IMG/VR virus record: IMGVR_UViG_3300045988_093404
Span: 1 to 38,131 of that record
Length of the DNA stretch: 38,131 nt
Direction: 5' to 3' (one strand)
Origin: a virus
Positions 32,247 to 38,131 of this stretch are shown piece after piece (the first letter of the stretch is position 1; each line of letters begins with the position of its first letter). Made by a program: the position numbers and the translations under genes. The notes below the pieces were generated by a model. That model ran no database searches, was not told the DNA's origin, and saw only the letters and a program-made list of their open reading frames with translations.

Positions 32247-32921
32247 ATGGCAAAGTATCTGAAAGTCTATACAGAGTTTGCGGACTGCCTTGAGCCACTT
32301 TCCGATGCGGAGATCGGGCGGTTGTTCCTTGCGATGCTTCACTACGCGGAGGACGGAATAACTCCCGACTTCAAGGGGAATGAGAGGTTCATCTGGCCGA
32401 GCGCAAAGCAGAAGATAGATGTACAGGCAGAAATCTATCAGCGGAAGATTGAAACCGCAGAAAAAAACAGGAGTCAGAGAAGTTCTAATATTAATGTGAA
32501 AAGTTCTAATATTAGAAATTCTGACTCTAATATTAACATGATATCAGCGCAAGACAAAGACAAAGACAAAGACAAAGACAAAGACAAAAAGAAAGTATCC
32601 CCCCCTCCCCCCATAGGGGGGCGGGATGCGGCTTTAGAGAAATTCAAAGCTCACCGTAAAGCTATGAAGAAGCCAATGACAGCCGATGCTGTTGCGCTCA
32701 CTATTCGGGAGTTGGAGAAACTCGCTCCCGGCGATGAGGAAACGCAGATTGCAATCATTGAGCAGTCTATTCAACGAGGATGGCAGGGCGTGTTCCCTCT
32801 AAAGACAGAACCGAAGCAGAAAACGGGAACTTTCGGCAAAGACTCAAGATGGGGAACGGAAGCCGACTCTCAGGGCTTTGATGATTTGGAAGCAGCAGAA
32901 AGAATGGTAAAAATCAAATGA
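32247..32921 (+). CDS. Replisome organiser / DnaD-like replication initiation protein (putative)
   Basis: N-terminus LSDAEIGRLFLAMLHYAEDG (DUF1376-like). C-terminus KAHRKAMKKPMTADAVALTIRELEKL...IIEQSIQRGWQG (DnaD-like). Internal repeat/linker block. Confidence 0.55.
   Translation: MAKYLKVYTEFADCLEPLSDAEIGRLFLAMLHYAEDGITPDFKGNERFIWPSAKQKIDVQAEIYQRKIETAEKNRSQRSSNINVKSSNIRNSDSNINMISAQDKDKDKDKDKDKKKVSPPPPIGGRDAALEKFKAHRKAMKKPMTADAVALTIRELEKLAPGDEETQIAIIEQSIQRGWQGVFPLKTEPKQKTGTFGKDSRWGTEADSQGFDDLEAAERMVKIK
32481..32626. other. Candidate origin of replication inside the replisome-organiser gene
   Basis: TCTAATATTA at 32484, 32505 and 32526 (exact 21-nt phasing, AT-rich). (GACAAA)x6 at 32553-32588. 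GC hairpin CCCTCCCCCC-ATA-GGGGGGCGGG at 32604-32626. Confidence 0.5.
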
Positions 32922-33199
32922 AAAGGAGAATGAAAATGACAAAGGGAAAGAAAGTCCTGCTCGGAATGGTATTCGGGCAGGTCACGGAATTTACGGTTAT
33001 CGGCCTTGCTATCAAGGCCAACATGGGCAAGCCGCTGCTATTCGGCGTGTTCGCCGGGATCTTCATCACGGTGGCGGTGGTGCTGGGCATGGCGGCGTGC
33101 GGAGTGGATGCCGCCGAGGAAGAGCAGAGGGAGCGGAGAGCGAAAGAAGTCGCGCTGCTCCGCGCACAGGTTGACAGTCTGAAAAGGGGTGCGAAATGA
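32918..33199 (+). CDS. Small membrane protein (93 aa)
   Basis: Two hydrophobic helices then a charged coil. ATGA overlap with the upstream gene. Confidence 0.55.
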   Translation: MKRRMKMTKGKKVLLGMVFGQVTEFTVIGLAIKANMGKPLLFGVFAGIFITVAVVLGMAACGVDAAEEEQRERRAKEVALLRAQVDSLKRGAK

Positions 33200-33708
33200 A
33201 AACGATTGTTGAAGCGCTCAGATGCTGCGCAAGTGTACCGCCAAAGGGTTGCGATTTGAGCTGCCCTTGGCTCGTTAAGGAAGAAGTCGATCCCGATTTC
33301 CCGATTAAGCCAGATACGGTTATTGACGGGGTTGCATACTGGGTTAGCTGCGATTGTGACAGAATGGCACTTGATGACGCCAGTGAACTGGAAAAGGCAC
33401 AGACCATGCTTGACTATCAGAATCTCGCCATGCGGACGGCAGGGAACGGCGCGAGCATCATCAATGCTGCGCTGGGTCTCTGCGGCGAAGCGGGCGAGGT
33501 TGCAGACATCGTGAAAAAGGCCACATTTCAAGGGCATGAGCTGGACAAAGAGAGAATCTGTGAGGAACTCGGCGATGTGCTGTGGTATGTCGCACTGGCG
33601 GCCGAAGCGATGGAAACCACGGTGGAGGAGCTGATGCGGCAGAACATCGAGAAGCTGAAGAAGAGATACCCGGACGGCTTTGACCCGGAAAGGAGTATTC
33701 ACAGGTGA
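33196..33708 (+). CDS. mazG: MazG-like nucleotide pyrophosphohydrolase with a Cys-rich N-terminal domain
   Basis: LGLCGEAGEVADIVKK...EELGDVLWYVA...NIEKLKKRYPDGF. N-terminus EALRCCASVPPKGCDLSCPW. Confidence 0.85.
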   Translation: MKTIVEALRCCASVPPKGCDLSCPWLVKEEVDPDFPIKPDTVIDGVAYWVSCDCDRMALDDASELEKAQTMLDYQNLAMRTAGNGASIINAALGLCGEAGEVADIVKKATFQGHELDKERICEELGDVLWYVALAAEAMETTVEELMRQNIEKLKKRYPDGFDPERSIHR

Positions 33709-34868
33709 GCATGAAGATACTAAGCCTTTTTGACGGCATGGCTTGCGGTATGATCGCCATGAAGTTGGCAGGGGTAGATGTCGAAAGCTACGATGCTTAC
33801 GAAATCGACAAGTACGCGGTAAAGACCGCACAGCACAACTTTCCGATGATACGGGAGCATGGAGATGTGTTCACGGCTGATTTCACGCAGTATGAGGGGG
33901 TTGACTTTCTTGTTGGCGGTAGTCCTTGTACATACTGGAGCATCGCGCAGACCAAGAACAGGGAAACCGTTGCCAGCGGTATGGGATGGGAATTGTTCAG
34001 TCAGTATGTCCGGGCATTGCGCGAGGCGAAGCCGAAGTATTTCATTTATGAAAACAACAAATCGATGTCCAAACAGATCAGGGCAAGCATCGGCGAGGCT
34101 TTTGGATTTGAGGCGGTGCTAATCAACTCCGCATTGGTATCCGCACAGAACAGACAGCGGTTGTACTGGGTCGGCAAGCGGAATGCTGACGGCACATACA
34201 GCAAAGTCAATGTGGAACAGCCGGAGGACAGAGGCATCCTGCTGAAAGATGTGTTGGATAGTGCGGTTGCTATGCGTGAAAAAGGACACGCTGTGATTGC
34301 AAGTGCTGGCAGAACTACGGAACGCGAATATTTCACGAAAAATCAAGGCAATATGGTTGCCGAGCCTATCAACTGCACCGCAGACAGAAAAGCAAAGACG
34401 GTATCAGCGAGTTATGCCTACAAGGGTGACGGAGAGGGGAGCTTAAAGAGCGAATTATTCCCCGACAACCCCATTAAGCAGACAAGCAATTATGTTGGTT
34501 ATGCAATCGAGTTTGACGAGAACGGCAAGCCAATCAAAGCCATTGGCAAAGATGGCAAGCAAATCACCGTGTACGAAGTCAGCAACGGACAAATCACCAT
34601 AAAAGGCAAGCAGTATTCAATCAAACTGAAAGACGGCTACTACATCATTCGCAAGCTGACAGTTACCGAATGCAAGCGGTTGCAGACCGTGCCGGAGTGG
34701 TATGACTTCTCCTGCGTATCCAATAGTCAGGCGTACAAAATGCTTGGCAACGGCTGGACTTGTGAGGTGATCGCGCATCTGATTAGAGCTTGCATCTGTC
34801 CGGCAGAAGAAAAGCTGAAACGGAAATACCCGGATGGATTCGACCCGGAAAGGAGCAGGAACAGATGA
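33705..34868 (+). CDS. dcm: DNA (cytosine-5)-methyltransferase
   Basis: Motif I LSLFDGMACG, IV GGSPCTYWS, VI FIYENN, VIII QNRQRLYW, X GNGW. GTG 33705 (GTGA overlap), or alternatively ATG 33711. Confidence 0.9.
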   Translation: MSMKILSLFDGMACGMIAMKLAGVDVESYDAYEIDKYAVKTAQHNFPMIREHGDVFTADFTQYEGVDFLVGGSPCTYWSIAQTKNRETVASGMGWELFSQYVRALREAKPKYFIYENNKSMSKQIRASIGEAFGFEAVLINSALVSAQNRQRLYWVGKRNADGTYSKVNVEQPEDRGILLKDVLDSAVAMREKGHAVIASAGRTTEREYFTKNQGNMVAEPINCTADRKAKTVSASYAYKGDGEGSLKSELFPDNPIKQTSNYVGYAIEFDENGKPIKAIGKDGKQITVYEVSNGQITIKGKQYSIKLKDGYYIIRKLTVTECKRLQTVPEWYDFSCVSNSQAYKMLGNGWTCEVIAHLIRACICPAEEKLKRKYPDGFDPERSRNR

Positions 34869-34954
34869 AACCCTGCTATGGTAAATGCAGCCGCTGCGTC
34901 TGGCGATATAACGGCGGCTGCTCAGAATGGAGGAAGAATGATGGATCTAATTAA
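34865..34954 (+). CDS. Possible 29-aa Cys-rich peptide MKPCYGKCSRCVWRYNGGCSEWRKNDGSN
   Basis: ATG overlaps the dcm stop (ATGA), 9 nt after GGAG. Same junction context as the MazG/dcm boundary. Confidence 0.3.
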   Translation: MKPCYGKCSRCVWRYNGGCSEWRKNDGSN

Positions 34955-35396
34955 CCGTGATGAACTTCTGCAACACCTTGAAGAGGAAAGCCGAACCGCT
35001 CCAAACTCAATAGCTCTGAATGCGTTTGTTGAAATTAAGGGCTACGTAAATCGGATGCCGACCGTGGATGCCGTTCCTATCAGCGTGATAGAGAGCTGGC
35101 TTTACGAAATCGAAAGGAATAACTCGCGCAATTATCTTTCGGATGCCTGCGTTGAGATTATCTCGCGGCTTGGTGGCCTCAAGAGATATTATGAAGAAAA
35201 GTTCTGCACTGAGCAGATGCCGAGAGTGGATGCCGTGCCTGTAAGGCATGGGCATTGGAAACATGATGAAACTGGTGCAAATTTCTGCTCCGTGTGTAAC
35301 GAGTTTCCTTATGATGATGGAGAGTATCATCTTGTGTGGCACAAAGACTACTGCCCCTACTGTGGTGCGAAGATGGATGAGGAGGAAACCGAATGA
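34938..35396 (+). CDS. Hypothetical protein of the DLI-R-EL / VDAVPV family with a C-terminal zinc ribbon
   Basis: ATG 34938 after GGAGGAAG. The Ala-rich extension from ORF-track start 34878 is rejected. CSVC...CPYCG. Confidence 0.6.
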   Translation: MMDLINRDELLQHLEEESRTAPNSIALNAFVEIKGYVNRMPTVDAVPISVIESWLYEIERNNSRNYLSDACVEIISRLGGLKRYYEEKFCTEQMPRVDAVPVRHGHWKHDETGANFCSVCNEFPYDDGEYHLVWHKDYCPYCGAKMDEEETE

Positions 35397-36022
35397 ACGA
35401 GCTGAACCTAATGAGCATCGCAGAAATGCGCGAGCATGAATGGGATGTTCCGTGGAGCGGCGGAAAAGATTCAACTGCTACAATCCTTCTTATGCTGGAG
35501 CTTGGGATACCTATCCGACAAGTGAATCATGTCCGCATGATGTGGGATGACGAGATTCCTGCGACGCTTCCAGTCATGTATCAGTTTGTGGATGAGTGCG
35601 TAGAGCGATTTCGAAAAATGGGTTTGACCGTAAATGTGGTCAAGTCAAAGAAAACTGCTGTTGATCTATGCACAAAGGTTTACACAAGGTCAAAGCGCAA
35701 AGAGAATAACGGAAAAATGTATGGTATTACAGCGTTTTCGCGAGAAATGTGTATATTTTCCGCAGTAAAGACAGAAACAGGTAAAGCTCAGCAACAAAAA
35801 GAAGGATACTGTATGCTTGGGTACGCTGCGGACGAAGCGAAAAGATTGATCAGACTTAACGACCGCAACCAAAGCATTTTAGCATCGCTTGGAGTAAACG
35901 AAACTGAATGTTATGAGATTTGCAGGAAAGAAGGGATGCTTTCGCCACATTATAGCAGTGGCATTATTAGAGATGGATGTTGGTTTTGCCCGAATGCTAC
36001 AGAACACGAGCGGAAAGTCTAA
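35393..36022 (+). CDS. PAPS-reductase-like PP-loop ATPase (DndC/IbrA-like), apparently truncated
   Basis: PP-loop WSGGKDST and terminal DGCWFCPN motif. The frame stops 9 codons after CWFCPN. Confidence 0.7.
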   Translation: MNELNLMSIAEMREHEWDVPWSGGKDSTATILLMLELGIPIRQVNHVRMMWDDEIPATLPVMYQFVDECVERFRKMGLTVNVVKSKKTAVDLCTKVYTRSKRKENNGKMYGITAFSREMCIFSAVKTETGKAQQQKEGYCMLGYAADEAKRLIRLNDRNQSILASLGVNETECYEICRKEGMLSPHYSSGIIRDGCWFCPNATEHERKV

Positions 36023-36225
36023 GAAAAAATTTCCCACAACTTGTTGAGAAAATCGAATGGATGATAGGATTGACAGATTTTAAAGTTGACGGATTGATAG
36101 ACCGAAACAAATGGCTAACAGAGTACGCCAAAGCGCATCCAGACGATTGGAGATGGAAAGATAGTAAGTACGCTCATACAAAGGACTGGATTCCCGGACA
36201 AATTGAAATGGAGGAAATCGAATGA
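35977..36225 (+). pseudogene. Probable displaced C-terminal part of the PAPS-reductase-like gene (-1 frame)
   Basis: SLRKNFPQLVEKIEWM... is the expected continuation after CWFCPN. One extra A in AAA 36014-36016 would fuse the frames. Confidence 0.5.
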
Positions 36226-36446
36226 GTGATTTAATCAGCAAGGGAGAACTTTTCAACGCCCTTGCAACCGCAAAAGATAAAGCGGACTGCTTCGCTGCGA
36301 TTCAGGCTGCACCGACTGTGGATGCCGCCCCGGTTATCCGCTGCAAGGACTGCAAGTGGAGAGCAACGGGTTACTGCCCTATGCGCATCGCTGATGCACC
36401 AACAAATGACTTTTGCTCTTATGGGGAAAAAGATATGGAGGACTGA
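36222..36446 (+). CDS. Hypothetical Cys-containing protein, paralogue family DLIS-GEL / PTVDAAPV-CKDCK
   Basis: ATGA overlap with the upstream ORF. MSDLISKGELFNAL...APTVDAAPVIRCKDCKW. Confidence 0.6.
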   Translation: MSDLISKGELFNALATAKDKADCFAAIQAAPTVDAAPVIRCKDCKWRATGYCPMRIADAPTNDFCSYGEKDMED

Positions 36447-36448
36447 CT

Positions 36449-36562
36449 ATGTGGTATGTATACACGATCTTAGTGCTACACATTTTCGCCGACACATCTC
36501 TCCCCGGTCTGCTGCTGGACATCGCTGCGATATGCGTACTGGCGGCAAGGAAGGACAAATGA
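36449..36562 (+). CDS. Small hydrophobic peptide (37 aa)
   Basis: ATG 6 nt after GGAGGA. MWYVYTILVLHIFADTSLPGLLLDIAAICVLAARKDK. Stop overlaps the rusA start (ATGA). Confidence 0.45.
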   Translation: MWYVYTILVLHIFADTSLPGLLLDIAAICVLAARKDK

Positions 36563-36948
36563 CCTACACGCTCAGAATCCCATACCCACCAGACAAAAAG
36601 GCAAGAGCGAAATGGAACAGAGACTACTCCATGAACGCCTACTACAGCGGGAAGCACTGGACGCAGCGAAAGAAAGACGCTGACCTGTGGCATATGCTTA
36701 CGGTCGGCGCATTGAACAGACTGGGAAGCTACCAGATGCTCACAGAGGCAAGCGTGGTGTTCTACTGGTCTGACGGCCTCGACATCGATAACCACGCCGT
36801 CATGGGCAAGATGATCGTGGATGCTCTCAAAGGCAGGATGCTGGCCGATGACAACAAAAAGCACTTGCGAGAGGTCTGCCACAGGTTCGGCGAGGACAAA
36901 GAAAACATAGTGATTGAAATCACTGGAAAGGAACTTAACGATGTATAG
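36559..36948 (+). CDS. rusA: RusA-like Holliday junction resolvase
   Basis: GLDIDNHAVMGKMIVDALKGRMLADDN is the RusA D-x-DN...D-A-L...DD signature. ATG 36559 after AAGGAAGGA. The ORF-track 36262 start is rejected. Confidence 0.8.
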   Translation: MTYTLRIPYPPDKKARAKWNRDYSMNAYYSGKHWTQRKKDADLWHMLTVGALNRLGSYQMLTEASVVFYWSDGLDIDNHAVMGKMIVDALKGRMLADDNKKHLREVCHRFGEDKENIVIEITGKELNDV

Positions 36949-37210
36949 ACAATGCCCGGTATGCGGAACTTTCTTCCAGCTCCCGATGAAGTACAGGGGA
37001 TGCAGTAAGGAATGCTGCGATGCTATCAAGTACGGCGAGAGCCTGACGAAGCTGGTGGAGCAGAACGGAACGCTTAAAGAGGTTGACAATGCCATCACCC
37101 GGCGAAAGAGAAGCCGAAAGAAACCAATCATGACGATCACCAAGGTCATCGAGCTTGCCCGCTCCGAGGGAATCAGCTATGGCCAGTATGTGGCAAAGTA
37201 TCATGTTTGA
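36941..37210 (+). CDS. Zinc-ribbon plus C-terminal HTH-like small protein (89 aa)
   Basis: CPVCG...CSKECC, then TITKVIELARSEGISYGQYVAK. Confidence 0.55.
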   Translation: MYRQCPVCGTFFQLPMKYRGCSKECCDAIKYGESLTKLVEQNGTLKEVDNAITRRKRSRKKPIMTITKVIELARSEGISYGQYVAKYHV

Positions 37211-37219
37211 GGAGGGAAG

Positions 37220-37624
37220 ATGAGCAGGAATAAGCATGGCTGGTGGCAGTACGCCAAGTACATGATCCGCGCTTACCCGGAACATTGCTCTGAATTGATT
37301 GCGATACATGAGCAGAGCACAACGGCGGCGTACAGCGGTATGCCCGGCTCACACAGCGCACAGCGCACGGTAGAGGACATATCCATACGGGAGCTACCCC
37401 GGAACGCACAGCGCGAATACGATGCCGTAAAACGGGCTATAGAAAGCACATCCAGAAAAGCGGACGGAGCGGAGCGGCTGCGGCTGATTGATATGGTCTT
37501 TTGGCGGCAGACGCACACGATCAACGGCGCGGCGCTTGTCCTCCACATATCCGAGCGCACGGCACGGGAATGGCACAGGATGTTTATATGGGCAGTGGCC
37601 GAGAATTACGGCCTTGCAGACTGA
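37220..37624 (+). CDS. RinA/ArpU-like late transcriptional activator (putative)
   Basis: 134 aa. ERLRLIDMVFWRQTHTINGAALVLHISERTAREWHRMFIWAVAENYG (region-4-like HTH). Last gene before the packaging/late region. Confidence 0.6.
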   Translation: MSRNKHGWWQYAKYMIRAYPEHCSELIAIHEQSTTAAYSGMPGSHSAQRTVEDISIRELPRNAQREYDAVKRAIESTSRKADGAERLRLIDMVFWRQTHTINGAALVLHISERTAREWHRMFIWAVAENYGLAD

Positions 37625-37655
37625 GAGCGGACAACAGCCCGCTCTCTCTTTATAT
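37623..37655 (+). terminator. Hairpin terminator after the early operon
   Basis: GAGAGCGG / CCGCTCTC perfect 8-bp stem, 8-nt loop, then TCTTTATAT. Confidence 0.6.
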
Positions 37656-37710
37656 ACGCCATTGGCTTATTGCACAAATCAGAGAGCGATACTTTGGGCA
37701 ATATTCCATC

Positions 37711-37739
37711 TTGCAATATGTACGCCATTGGCGTATAAT
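37711..37739 (+). promoter_or_regulatory. Promoter TTGCAA-17-TATAAT heading the late/packaging direction
   Basis: -35 at 37711-37716, -10 at 37734-37739. Palindrome ACGCCA-T-TGGCGT sits in the spacer. Confidence 0.65.
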
Positions 37740-37792
37740 ACAATCAGAAAGAGGAAATACAGAGCCGAAAGGCAGAAAAGGAGAGCAAGACA

Positions 37793-37945
37793 ATGACGAA
37801 CGAAAAATTTTTTGAGATGTTTCTGAACGCAGCGAAGACCGCTTACATTAGCGTTTGCGGCGTTGAAAAGTGGAACAGCCTGTCTGACAAAGAGAAACAC
37901 GATGTAACAATGATTCTTGCAAAGGATCTGCTTAACAAACTGTAA
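37793..37945 (+). CDS. Hypothetical small protein (50 aa)
   Basis: ATG after AAAAGGAGAG. MTNEKFFEMFLNAAKTAYISVCGVEKWNSLSDKEKHDVTMILAKDLLNKL. Below the ORF-track cutoff. Confidence 0.5.
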   Translation: MTNEKFFEMFLNAAKTAYISVCGVEKWNSLSDKEKHDVTMILAKDLLNKL

Positions 37946-37958
37946 AAGAAAAACGAGT

Positions 37959-37985
37959 CCCGCCCCGGAGGTTACGAGGGCAGAA
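37959..37985 (+). repeat. 27-nt intergenic motif CCCGCCCCGGAGGTTACGAGGGCAGAA, copy 2
   Basis: 26/27 identical to 589-615. Confidence 0.9.
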
Positions 37986-37995
37986 AGGACAAAAC

Positions 37996-38131
37996 ATGGA
38001 AATCAAGATCGAGGACATCAACAGAATCGCAATGGAAATCACCGGCGAGGCTCGCGGACTGAATGAAAAGTTCGCGGCGGGAGCTGAAATCATCGGCTCC
38101 AAGGCAGATATCGAGATGATGGCAACCATCC
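37996..38131 (+). CDS. 5' part of the junction-spanning small ORF (continues as 1-274)
   Basis: ATG 37996 after AAAGGA. MEIKIEDINRIAMEITGEARG..., same frame as the left-end ORF. Confidence 0.6.
   Translation, partial: MEIKIEDINRIAMEITGEARGLNEKFAAGAEIIGSKADIEMMATI
38013..38131. repeat. Right copy of the 119-nt terminal overlap
   Basis: Read directly: identical to 1-119. Confidence 0.95.

Larger units (their letters stand above)
1..38012. mobile_element. Complete temperate tailed-phage genome unit (siphovirus-type morphogenesis genes, serine-integrase lysogeny module), circularly closed
   Basis: nt 1-119 equal nt 38013-38131, giving unit length 38,012. Full packaging, head, tail, lysis, lysogeny and replication gene set; no host-like flanks. 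Confidence 0.9.

Noticed and set aside
32553-32588. (GACAAA)x6 as a non-coding microsatellite or mobile-element end
   Set aside because: It lies in frame within the replisome-organiser gene and encodes a DK-repeat linker. It is reported instead as part of the ori-like block.
32914-33831. 305-aa ORF on the - strand
   Set aside because: It is antisense to three coupled + strand genes, including MazG with clear motifs. No RBS.
36262-36558. Long N-terminal extension of the RusA ORF (ORF-track start 36262)
   Set aside because: The extension overlaps 36222-36446 and the 37-aa ORF in other frames and has Arg-rich junk composition. ATG 36559 has a good RBS and gives a normal-length RusA.

Overview
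The window is one complete, circularly closed temperate tailed-phage genome. The unit length is 38,012 nt: nt 1-119 are repeated exactly as 38013-38131, and there are no host flanks. Strong AGGAGG-type ribosome-binding sites (RBS), a LysM endolysin, a TcdE-like holin and a BclA-like gene suggest a Firmicutes/Clostridia host. Layout on the + strand: small regulators and a tRNA (1-1000); a pre-terminase accessory trio of metallophosphoesterase, ParB/DUF4417 and JAB-like proteins (1202-4085); terminase, portal, head, tail, receptor-binding protein and lysis genes (4555-21117); then a self-contained accessory operon of unknown function (21442-24508). The lysogeny module lies on the - strand: candidate attP, large serine integrase, two membrane proteins and a CI-like repressor (24537-27907). 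A divergent switch region follows with consensus promoters and CGTAA half-site operators. The + strand early operon (28048-37624) carries micro-ORFs, a Sak/Rad52-like annealase, HNH, SSB, a DnaD-like replisome organiser with an internal ori-like repeat block, MazG, a C5-methyltransferase, a PAPS-reductase-like gene, RusA and a RinA-like late activator. The strongest unexplained signal is a ~530-nt non-coding, purine-rich block (29224-29750) holding about 15-20 same-orientation copies of GGMRTDGC. It sits directly downstream of a gene whose C-terminus carries a RAMP/Cas6-like glycine-rich loop. Other points worth a second look: the eight-gene moron-like operon, a methyltransferase cassette bracketed by a duplicated MazG 3' end, a PAPS-reductase gene split by one nucleotide, a conserved-looking ORF with no canonical start, and a repeated 27-nt intergenic motif. 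All functional calls rest on motifs I recognise by eye plus gene order. No database search was run.
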